A stretch of DNA of 32,000 nucleotides from Horticoccus luteus (GTDB lineage: Bacteria > Verrucomicrobiota > Verrucomicrobiia > Opitutales > Opitutaceae): the NCBI RefSeq assembly GCF_019464535.1, contig NZ_CP080507.1, positions 1,560,001 through 1,592,000 on the forward strand. The letters are read 5' to 3'. A model generated the notes under the pieces. That model had not been told where the DNA came from, did no database searches, and saw only the letters and a program-made list of their open reading frames with translations. Positions 22,414 through 29,890 of the stretch are shown in pieces. Every line of letters begins with the position of its first letter. Within the stretch, counting starts at the first letter, position 1. The translations under genes were made by a program, and so were the position numbers.

Positions 22414-23240
22414 TGACCGACGTATTTCCATCGCTCCCGCCGGCGCGCCCGGTGTTCAGCCGGCCCGGCGGAAAGACCAGGATGCTGAAATACATCCTGC
22501 CGCTGATCCCGCCGCACACGTGCTACTGCGAGCCGTTCTTCGGCGGCGGCGCCGTGTTCTTCGCGAAGCCGGAGAGCCCCGTCGAAGTCATCAACGATCG
22601 CGACGCGAGCCTGACCGCCCTCCTGCGCAACGCGAAATACCACCTCGACGCGCTGCTCGATGAGACGGACCTGATCCTGAACGCACGACGCGAGTTCGAG
22701 GACTTCGTCGAGCAGGAAGGACTCACGGAGATACAGCGCGCCGCGCGCTGGTTCGTCCGCAACAAGCTCTCGTTCGGCGGCAGCGGCGCGAATTACGCGA
22801 TCGTGCGCACGCAGCCGCTCCCGTCGCGCACGAACCGCATGGTCGCGCTCCGCTCGCTCTCCGCGCGCCTCGATCGCACGAGCGTCGAGCAACGCGACTG
22901 GGCGCAGATCGTCGGGGCTTACGATGCGCCGGGCACGTTCTTCTTTTTCGATCCGCCGTATTTCGACGACGGCAGCGCGGCCTACGTCGGTTGGACGGAG
23001 GACGAGCTGCGCGCGTTCTGCACCCGCATCCAGCAGCTCCAAGGCGCGTGGATGATGACGTTCCAGGACTGCGCGCAAATCCGCGAGATGCTCGCGGGCT
23101 ATCCGATCCAGGCGATCCAAAGGGCCAACGGCATTGGCAACCGCACCGGCAAGCGCGGTCGCACGTATGCCGAGGTGATCATCACTCACCGATGCAAGCC
23201 GGTCGCACGCAACGCGGCAAAGAAAGGGCGCACCGCATGA
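22413..23240 (+). CDS. dam: Dam-family DNA adenine methyltransferase (MethyltransfD12)
   Basis: 275 aa from ATG 22413 (TTG 22410 is an alternative). FSRPGGKTRML, EPFFGGGAVFF and FFFFDPPY are the hallmark D12-class motifs. Confidence 0.85.
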   Translation: MTDVFPSLPPARPVFSRPGGKTRMLKYILPLIPPHTCYCEPFFGGGAVFFAKPESPVEVINDRDASLTALLRNAKYHLDALLDETDLILNARREFEDFVEQEGLTEIQRAARWFVRNKLSFGGSGANYAIVRTQPLPSRTNRMVALRSLSARLDRTSVEQRDWAQIVGAYDAPGTFFFFDPPYFDDGSAAYVGWTEDELRAFCTRIQQLQGAWMMTFQDCAQIREMLAGYPIQAIQRANGIGNRTGKRGRTYAEVIITHRCKPVARNAAKKGRTA

Positions 23241-24061
23241 TCGTCAACCGCCCCATGCCTTTCGTCGAGGCGCTCGGCGCCGCGCACGCGCGATCGCTGT
23301 TGCCGACCACCGGCCGCACCGTCGATCTGCAGCAGCTCGACGGTGGCGTGAAGCGGCGGGCGATGATGTCGGCCACCGTCGACACGGTGCAGCGCCTGCA
23401 GGAATATGCCGATGGGGTCGACTCGCTCCTGGCCGGCAACAAAAGCGAGGCTGAGGTGCGCGCCTGGCTGAAGGAGCAGATCGCCGCCGCCGGCTACCAG
23501 CCTGACCCGGAGCAGCGCGGCGGTCTCCAAGACCTCGGCTCGTCGCCCCGGCTGAACCTCATCCTGGAGACCAACGTCGCCACGGCGGAGGGCTACGGCC
23601 GTTACGTGCAGGGCGTGCAGCCCGACGTCCTCGACGAGTTCCCGGCGCAGGAGCTGTTCGACGCCGCGCCCGGTGGCGAACACCGCCGCGACTGGGCCGC
23701 GCGGTGGCAGGCGTGTGGCGGCGAGTTCTTCGGCCGTCGCATGATCGCGCTCAAGTCCGACCCGGTCTGGTCGCGACTCGGCGATCCGGACCGTTTCCCG
23801 GATGGGCTTGGCAACCCGTATCCGCCGTTTGCGTTCAACTCGAAGTGGGACGTGCGCGACATCGATCGCGACGAGGCGATCGATCTCGGCCTCCTCGCGC
23901 CCGACGAGACGGTCCCGGCGCCGACCGTCGACGACTTTTCCGCCGACCTGCAGGCGCCGCCCGACGTGCGCTCGTCCTGGCTGCGCGAGGCGATCGTCGC
24001 GCAAGGGCTCGGGCAGTTCGACGCCGACGGCGTGCTGCATTTCGCGGGAGGTGGGGGATGA
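23237..24061 (+). CDS. MuF / SPP1 gp7-like minor head (head morphogenesis) protein
   Basis: 274 aa from ATG 23237 (ATGA overlap with the dam stop). PFVEALGAAHARSLLPTT...VKRRAMMSATV, LNLILETNVATAEGYGRY and NPYPPFAFNSKWDV match MuF-family landmarks by eye, although the usual Cys residues after PP.H.N are absent. Confidence 0.6.
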   Translation: MIVNRPMPFVEALGAAHARSLLPTTGRTVDLQQLDGGVKRRAMMSATVDTVQRLQEYADGVDSLLAGNKSEAEVRAWLKEQIAAAGYQPDPEQRGGLQDLGSSPRLNLILETNVATAEGYGRYVQGVQPDVLDEFPAQELFDAAPGGEHRRDWAARWQACGGEFFGRRMIALKSDPVWSRLGDPDRFPDGLGNPYPPFAFNSKWDVRDIDRDEAIDLGLLAPDETVPAPTVDDFSADLQAPPDVRSSWLREAIVAQGLGQFDADGVLHFAGGGG

Positions 24062-24732
24062 GCGTGGGCATCGTGATCGACACCGCGGCGCCGATGCTGG
24101 AACGGGTGCGCACCGCCGCCCAAGTGGCGGGCCTCGTGCTGGTCGGCGCGCGGGCCGGCGGCAACCTCGTGCGCGACCACCTCATCGAGCTCAACGCGGC
24201 GCGCCATCACAAGGGCCGCAACTTTTACCTGCAGGCAGCGCGCAGCGTGAACACCGCGATCACACCCGAAGGTGCGGTGATCAACATCCCGCACCGGGGC
24301 ATGCGCCAGCGTTTCCAGGGTGGCACGATCAAGCCGAAGCCCGGCCATCGCTTCGTCGCGTTTCCGGATGACAACGCGCCGGCCGAGGCGTTTCAGCTCA
24401 TGCCGCGCGAGTGGCCGCACCACGATTTGGATCTCACGCATGCGCTCAATCCCCGCACCGGGCATCTGCAGTGGGCGCTCGTCCGTCGCGCGAGCACGGC
24501 GGTCAAGCTCACGCGCCGCAAGACGAAGGACGGCACGATCAAGACGGCGTGGAAGGCCACTGAAATCCGCCAAGGCGGTCAGGTGATCTACTGGCTTACC
24601 ACCTCGGTCACGCAGCGGCCTGACCCGAGCGTGCTGCCCACGCCGCTCGATCTTGCGGCCGCCATCATCAGCCGGATGAACCAGCGCCTCGACCGCGCGG
24701 CCGGAGGCCAGGCGGCCCCGGCAGACAACTGA
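24058..24732 (+). CDS. virion morphogenesis / head-tail joining protein (Mu gpG- or HK97 gp10-like)
   Basis: 224 aa from ATG 24058 (ATGA overlap). The call rests on position between the MuF-like and neck genes plus weak pattern similarity. Confidence 0.4.
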   Translation: MSVGIVIDTAAPMLERVRTAAQVAGLVLVGARAGGNLVRDHLIELNAARHHKGRNFYLQAARSVNTAITPEGAVINIPHRGMRQRFQGGTIKPKPGHRFVAFPDDNAPAEAFQLMPREWPHHDLDLTHALNPRTGHLQWALVRRASTAVKLTRRKTKDGTIKTAWKATEIRQGGQVIYWLTTSVTQRPDPSVLPTPLDLAAAIISRMNQRLDRAAGGQAAPADN

Positions 24733-24736
24733 CGCC

Positions 24737-25282
24737 ATGCCCTTCCTCGCGACCACCGACCTCCTCAACGCCGTGAAGACGGCGCTCGCCTCGATCGGGC
24801 TGCCCGGCGGCCAGCCCGAGGAGAAGCTCTTCGAGCGCGTCGAGTTTCACGAAAACAAGCGCCTGAAGGAGGCGCTCACCCAGCTCGTCGTCACCGAGCA
24901 GCGCGTGGCGATCATCGTGCCCGGCGGCCACGCGTTCACGAACGTGAAGGAGGGCCGCACGATCCGGAGCATGCGGCGGTCGACCTTCGACATCCTGATC
25001 GCCGATCGCGACTGGGCCGACAACGGCCAGCAGGCGGTCTTCGGCGGTCCGGATGCAATTGGTGTCCTCACGATGGGCGACCTGGTCGTCGACCACTTCG
25101 CGCAAAACCCGCAGCTCGGTCTCGCCTACGTGGCGCTGCAGGTGGAGGACGGCGCCTCGATCACGCTCGCCGACGACGAGGTGAAAGACAGCCCCGGCCG
25201 CGAGTGCTTCGTCCTGGCTTACTCCACGCCGAGCGGCGAGCGCGTGATCCGCCCCACGCAGCCATGGGCCGAACCGGCCTGA
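24737..25282 (+). CDS. neck/tail-completion protein (Mu gp37/DUF1834-like)
   Basis: 181 aa. Position and weak pattern similarity only. Confidence 0.4.
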   Translation: MPFLATTDLLNAVKTALASIGLPGGQPEEKLFERVEFHENKRLKEALTQLVVTEQRVAIIVPGGHAFTNVKEGRTIRSMRRSTFDILIADRDWADNGQQAVFGGPDAIGVLTMGDLVVDHFAQNPQLGLAYVALQVEDGASITLADDEVKDSPGRECFVLAYSTPSGERVIRPTQPWAEPA

Positions 25283-25292
25283 TTTTTCCACC
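25279..25292 (+). promoter_or_regulatory. conserved intercistronic 14-mer CTGATTTTTCCACC (copy 2)
   Basis: Identical to 12898-12911. Its TGA is the stop of the upstream gene, and the tail-tube ATG follows at 25321. Confidence 0.35.
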
Positions 25293-25320
25293 GCATCCCG
25301 CAACCCAGCACATCCTCCCT

Positions 25321-25863
25321 ATGAACACAGCCCGAAAAGTCATTGGCTCGCACGCCTTCTTCTTCCCCGACGGCGCGGCGTTTACGGTCCCCAATCCCGG
25401 CGGCGTCTGCGGCCGCAACCTCAAGCCCGGAGCCACCGATACCGGTTGGTTCGATCTCGGCGTGTCGAAGTGGAAGCACTCGCCGACGCACAAGATCGAA
25501 GATTTCGATGCGCCATCGCCCGGCGCGCGGATGCTCTACGACCGCATCGTGACCCGCAAGGGCAAGAAGCTCTCCGGCACGCTCATGGAGATGAGCAACC
25601 TCACGTGGCAACTCTTGATGGCGAGCCAGGAGCTGCCGCTCACCGGCGCGGGCGGTCAGTATAATCCGCTCGCCGGCGATCCGCTCATCCGCGGCTGGCT
25701 GCAGCTCCAGGACTACGATCAGCACAACACGCTGATCGGCACGACCGATTACTTCGTGTCGCTGGAGTTGCCCGGCGATGTGGAGTTTGGCGACAGCGCG
25801 CTCGATATCGGCGTCGATGCCTACGTGCTCTTCAGCCCATTGATGACGGGCTCGCTGAGCTGA
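25321..25863 (+). CDS. major tail tube protein (non-contractile tail type)
   Basis: 180 aa from ATG 25321. Beta-rich composition, and size and position are typical of siphovirus tube proteins. No sheath-sized gene lies nearby. Confidence 0.55.
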   Translation: MNTARKVIGSHAFFFPDGAAFTVPNPGGVCGRNLKPGATDTGWFDLGVSKWKHSPTHKIEDFDAPSPGARMLYDRIVTRKGKKLSGTLMEMSNLTWQLLMASQELPLTGAGGQYNPLAGDPLIRGWLQLQDYDQHNTLIGTTDYFVSLELPGDVEFGDSALDIGVDAYVLFSPLMTGSLS

Positions 25864-25867
25864 CGCC

Positions 25868-26695
25868 ATGGCCGCGCCCACCACCGACGCTCCCGCCGCC
25901 ATCGCGCTGCCCGCCGCCGCCCCGGTGGAGGAGCAGCCCGCTGCGATCGCGCTTGCGGATGCCGCACCGACGGGCGCGGCGCCGGCGGCCGTGGCGCTCA
26001 CTCCGGCAGCTCTGATCGAAGATGCCCCCGTCGGCATCGCCGGTGCGGCTGCGGCGCCCGACGCCACACCGCCCGCCGGGATCGCCGTCAGCGGCAACGC
26101 GCCGGTTGAGGAGCCGCCGGAGGACATTGCGACCGCAATCGCTCCACCCACCGCCGCTGCGCCCACCGGCCACGCGTTGCCCGATACCACCCCCGCGGCC
26201 GGAGCGCCCGCTGCCGTGGCGCTGTCGGCCGCGGCACCCACGGCACTCGCCCCGGCCCGCGCACCGGTCGGCGTTTTTCGCCCCACCGCCGAGCCGCCCC
26301 GCGCGCGCGGCTACACCGTCACCACCTCCGATCCCACCGACCTCAACGTGAATACACCCATCCTCCGAATCGAAGGCGCTCTCGCCCTCAACGCCATCCG
26401 CGGCCAGACGCGCCTGCCTGCCGCCTCGATCCTCACACGCGTGCAGGTCGAGATCCAGGAGCCGCCCGTCGGCGCCGGCGCAGAGATCACGCTCGTGGAT
26501 GCCGACGGCGATCCCGTCGGCGTGCCGCCCGTCACCGTGGCCATCGCCGACGGCGAGACCTTTGGCGAGACCGTGCTCGCCACGCCGGTCTCGCTCCTGG
26601 CGGGAGCCAATCTCCGGGCGAAGGTCACCGGCATCGGGAGCGAACAGCCCGGCGGCTTCGCCACCCTCACACTCTTCACCCAGCTCGGCGCTTGA
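25868..26695 (+). CDS. Ala/Pro-rich repeat protein with a C-terminal beta-rich domain
   Basis: 275 aa. About 8 degenerate ~15-aa units (PAAIAL / PAAVAL / PVGIAG / PAGIAV ...) fill the first ~150 aa, followed by a ~120-aa non-repetitive domain. Starts 4 nt after the tail-tube stop. Confidence 0.6.
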   Translation: MAAPTTDAPAAIALPAAAPVEEQPAAIALADAAPTGAAPAAVALTPAALIEDAPVGIAGAAAAPDATPPAGIAVSGNAPVEEPPEDIATAIAPPTAAAPTGHALPDTTPAAGAPAAVALSAAAPTALAPARAPVGVFRPTAEPPRARGYTVTTSDPTDLNVNTPILRIEGALALNAIRGQTRLPAASILTRVQVEIQEPPVGAGAEITLVDADGDPVGVPPVTVAIADGETFGETVLATPVSLLAGANLRAKVTGIGSEQPGGFATLTLFTQLGA

Positions 26696-26717
26696 GCCGG
26701 CACCCCCTCCACTTCCT

Positions 26718-28694
26718 ATGAAACGCTTCCTCTTTCTTCTTTCGTTCCTGGCCGCCGCGCTCGGAAGCGCGATGGCGCAAACCGTCGCCATTCCGTGGCG
26801 CAACATCAGCCTCACGCCGACGACGCTCTCCGGCTACGGCATCACCGATGCGCAGCCGCTCGACAGCGACCTCACCTCGATCGCCGCGCTGTCGACCACG
26901 ACCTTCGGTCGCTCGCTCCTGGCCTTCGCCAGCGCGAATAGCTCCGTCCTTTACACCGATGGCTCCGGCAACTGGGTGCTCGGCACTACGCTTCCCGCCG
27001 TCTCCGGCGCGAATCTCACCGCGCTCAACGCATCGCAGCTCACCACCGGCACGCTCCCCGCCGCGCGTCTGCCGGCCTTCACGGGCGACGTGACGACGAG
27101 CGCGGGCAGCGCGGCGACCACGCTCGCGACGGTCAACAGCAACGTCGGCACCTTCGGCAGCGCGACGCAGTCGCTGACGCTCGCACTCGACGCCAAGGGC
27201 CGCATCACCTCCGCGGCCGCGCAGGCGATCACCCCCGCGTGGAGCGCGATCACGAGCAAGCCGACGACGCTAAGCGGCTATGGTATAACGGATGCGTATA
27301 CGTCGCCCACCGTCGACCAGATGGTGAGCGCGCGCGTTGTGCGAGATGCGCTTTATAGCGACGGTGCGACGAGCAACCGCGCGGTGGTGTGGACACCAGG
27401 CATTAGGGGCGCCGTCGCAGGCCAGTCGATCACGATCCCGTTCGAGTTCGACGTGCCGACGAGCAATCCATCGACCGCCTCGCGGATCGCCGCGTTCGTG
27501 CCCACCGCCACGACGGCGGTCTTTGCGGCCGCCAACTCGCTCGAGGTGCTGCTCTACACATCGGGCGGGCTACTCATCCGGCAACTGGGCACCACGACGT
27601 CGGATTACCGCCAGTTTGAATGGACTGGCTTCCGCGCAGCCTATTCCGGCGCCAAAGGGTTGCGCGGCGCGGTCGTGTTCACCGGCAACTCCACGAGCAC
27701 GCCCACCGTCTTTGTGCAGGGCGCGGACATATCGGCGAACTTCACCGCAGCGACCGGCGGCACGCCGCCCAATTGGATTCCGTCGGGCTTGGACACTACT
27801 GTCTTCCTCGTCGGCTTCAATTGGCCGTCCGGCCGATTGGTTCCGCATGCTCCCAGACTCGGCGCGTGGACCGCGAGTGAAGCGGCCGAGTGGAGTTCGA
27901 CGGGACGTGTGCCTGTGTGGGACGAGACCAATGCAGGCAATGCAGCGAAGCTCTCCAGCGACTTTGCGACCTCGACCGGCTGGGTGCTGACCGGCGCCAC
28001 GACGATCTCCGCCGGCAAGCTAAACCTCTCCGCCAGCGACAGCGCGTACATGTCAGGATCGCCCATTTTCGCCGGCACAAAATACACGTTCACGGTGAAC
28101 GTGGATTCGGTCACCGCGGGCTCGGTGAATTACTACAACGGGGCAAGCTATATCTCCTTCGCGACCGCGCCAGGCACCTACACGATCAGCTTCACGGCCG
28201 CTGCCACCTACCTGAGCGGTGCGGCCCTGCAATCGCAGGGAGGCAATGCGGTGTGCGACAACTACACACTCCGCGTTTTGGGGCCGCTCTTCCGGCCGGT
28301 AGTCCAGCCGATTGCGATCGTCGCCGACGCCACGACCAACGGCATCGCCGGTGTGCTGACCGGCATGACGCCGCTCACGACCCGCCGCGACTGGGTCATC
28401 CAGGCTAACACGAGCACCAACGGCAACCAGCAGCTCCTCGGCGCGTCGCCGTTCTTCGACTACACGCGCAACGTCATCGACGATTGGGTGGTGAACAACA
28501 AGGGCGGCAGTTCACGCACCATCTCCCTCGGGTCGGCTTCCGGCGGCTCGCAATACCTCTCGGGCGGCACGGCCGCCGGCGGCCGCAATGTGCCCACGCT
28601 CGCCACCCGCGTCATCGGCTCGTCCACGCTCTGGGTCAACAGCAACGGCACCGACTCCCTGCAGCACACCATTCGCGGCCACCTCGTCGACTGA
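26718..28694 (+). CDS. tail-fibre-like protein with an N-terminal Sec signal peptide and a CBM-like C-terminal region
   Basis: 658 aa from ATG 26718. MKRFLFLLSFLAAALGSAMA|Q (AxA site). Two copies of the tail-fibre motif PTTLSGYGITDA (about 26815-26852 and 27258-27296). A GDVTTSAGSAATTLATVNSNVGTFGS...LDAKGRIT fibre-type segment. The C-terminal half has a carbohydrate-binding-module-like composition. Confidence 0.7.
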   Translation: MKRFLFLLSFLAAALGSAMAQTVAIPWRNISLTPTTLSGYGITDAQPLDSDLTSIAALSTTTFGRSLLAFASANSSVLYTDGSGNWVLGTTLPAVSGANLTALNASQLTTGTLPAARLPAFTGDVTTSAGSAATTLATVNSNVGTFGSATQSLTLALDAKGRITSAAAQAITPAWSAITSKPTTLSGYGITDAYTSPTVDQMVSARVVRDALYSDGATSNRAVVWTPGIRGAVAGQSITIPFEFDVPTSNPSTASRIAAFVPTATTAVFAAANSLEVLLYTSGGLLIRQLGTTTSDYRQFEWTGFRAAYSGAKGLRGAVVFTGNSTSTPTVFVQGADISANFTAATGGTPPNWIPSGLDTTVFLVGFNWPSGRLVPHAPRLGAWTASEAAEWSSTGRVPVWDETNAGNAAKLSSDFATSTGWVLTGATTISAGKLNLSASDSAYMSGSPIFAGTKYTFTVNVDSVTAGSVNYYNGASYISFATAPGTYTISFTAAATYLSGAALQSQGGNAVCDNYTLRVLGPLFRPVVQPIAIVADATTNGIAGVLTGMTPLTTRRDWVIQANTSTNGNQQLLGASPFFDYTRNVIDDWVVNNKGGSSRTISLGSASGGSQYLSGGTAAGGRNVPTLATRVIGSSTLWVNSNGTDSLQHTIRGHLVD

Positions 28695-28703
28695 GCTCCA
28701 CCC

Positions 28704-29039
28704 ATGAAAATGTTACGCTTCCTCTCCCTCTGCCTACTCTCCGTCATCGCGTGCGGCAGCCTGTTCGCGCAAGACGACACGCCCGCGGAGCCCATCGCCT
28801 TCGACGTGACGTTCTCCGCGCCTGTCGACGCCACACATTTCACGGCGTCCTCCGCGCCGGCAGTCGGCGCGCACATCCTCGCGATCACCGCCGAGGGGTA
28901 TGTTTTCCAACTCGTCGCCGAGGATGGGCATCTGCTCAACAAAGGCGCCGTCTTCGGCGTCAACGTCGCGGCGCCGAGCGAAGCCGCGGCCCCGGCCGAC
29001 ATCCGCGCCGCCATCGCAGCGACCATCCCCGCACCATGA
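28704..29039 (+). CDS. small exported protein / possible lipoprotein (111 aa)
   Basis: MKMLRFLSLCLLSVIA|CGSLFAQ is a signal peptide with a possible lipobox. ATGA overlap with the tail chaperone gene. Confidence 0.6.
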   Translation: MKMLRFLSLCLLSVIACGSLFAQDDTPAEPIAFDVTFSAPVDATHFTASSAPAVGAHILAITAEGYVFQLVAEDGHLLNKGAVFGVNVAAPSEAAAPADIRAAIAATIPAP

Positions 29040-29542
29040 CCGCGATCACCGACACCCCTCCGGCCCGCACAGCGATGGTCTTTGCGGGCGAAATCTTCGA
29101 TGGCGCCACCTCCGACCATCCCCTGATCCGCAACACCGCCGGTGAGACTTTCGCCGTGCGCGTGCGTGCCATGCCAGCGCGCCACCTGGGCCGCATTCTG
29201 CAGCTCTGTATCGACGAGGCCGCGACCGTCGAGTTCGTCACCCAGATCGCCGTCGTCGATCCCTCGACGGGTGTGCTCGCCGAGTGGAGCGCGGCTTCGG
29301 CCGACTGGGTCGACACGCTCGACGACGCCTCCCACGTGCTTCTCTATGAGGCGGCGAAGCGCCTAAATTTTATCCGCGCGGCGGCCTGGGCGGAGAGGCA
29401 GATCGCCGCGAAGCAATTTCAGGGGCCTCTCCTGATGAAAGCGAACCAGGCACTGAGCCCGCTCATGGAGCAGATGGTTGGTTTGATTCTCTCATCGTTG
29501 AAGTCGCAAGGATTACTGGGCGCACCTTCGACGAAGTCTTAG
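29036..29542 (+). CDS. tail assembly chaperone (gpG-like)
   Basis: 168 aa from ATG 29036, immediately upstream of the tape-measure gene. A -1 frame extension follows. Confidence 0.6.
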   Translation: MTAITDTPPARTAMVFAGEIFDGATSDHPLIRNTAGETFAVRVRAMPARHLGRILQLCIDEAATVEFVTQIAVVDPSTGVLAEWSAASADWVDTLDDASHVLLYEAAKRLNFIRAAAWAERQIAAKQFQGPLLMKANQALSPLMEQMVGLILSSLKSQGLLGAPSTKS

Positions 29543-29880
29543 ACGGCTACACGCTCCACCAACTCCTGCTCGTGCGCCGTGCGGAACGTCAGGCCGAAGC
29601 CCGTGCCGCTCTCGCGCAACTGCACGCCGCCCGGCAGGCCATCCCCGCCAGCCTCAGCGACAAATCAGAACAGCAGCGCCCCTTCGCCCTCTACGAGACC
29701 TCACTCATCGCCCAGGCCAACGGCACGTCCGCCAAGCCCAAACGCCGCTGGGCACCGAGCCAGAAGCGCCGGCCTCAGCCTGGGCCAAACGGCGGCGCCC
29801 ACGGCCCGGAGAAAGCCCAGACCGTGACGAGCGCCAGCAGCAGCACAAGCAGACCCACGATAATCACGCCCACACCGTAA
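29036..29880 (+). CDS. putative -1 frameshift product of the tail chaperone (gpGT-like)
   Basis: The -1 frame is open across the gpG-like stop and gains high GC3 from about 29518 (…ITGRTFDEVLDGYTLHQLLLVRRAERQAEARAALAQL…). There is no start codon before GTG 29572. It ends at 29880, 10 nt before the tape-measure ATG. The slip site is not identified with certainty. Confidence 0.45.
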
Positions 29881-29890
29881 CCCGATCCCG

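Noticed and set aside
20821-24768. Minus-strand ORFs 20821-22431, 22236-23189, 23186-24040 and 23602-24768
   Set aside because: They are shadows of the capsid, adaptor, Dam (unambiguous motifs on the plus strand), MuF-like and gpG-like genes.
25868-26330. Diversity-generating retroelement (template/variable repeat) as an explanation for the repeats
   Set aside because: There is no reverse transcriptase ORF in the window. There is no pair of long near-identical DNA repeats differing at adenines. The repeats are short, degenerate and in-frame peptide units.
25219-26815. Minus-strand ORFs 25219-26286 (355 aa) and 25832-26815 (327 aa), Gly/Ala-rich
   Set aside because: They are antisense to the tail-tube and Ala/Pro-repeat genes. 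Gly/Ala richness is the complement of the Ala/Pro repeats. No starts or coupling fit the operon.
29365-29371. Canonical in-phase slippery heptamer A AAT TTT as the G/GT frameshift site
   Set aside because: The -1 frame between 29371 and about 29505 has poor GC3 (about 42 %), while the zero frame keeps about 78 %. The coding switch therefore occurs about 150 nt further downstream. It is retained only as an alternative to test.
29775-29873. Antisense 32-aa mini-ORF encoding a perfect TM helix (GVIIVGLLVLLLALVTVWAF...)
   Set aside because: It is the in-phase complement of the Ser/Thr/Pro-rich tail of the GT extension, so codon bias cannot discriminate between them. No promoter or RBS is visible and every neighbouring gene is on the plus strand. 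It is most likely a mirror artefact.
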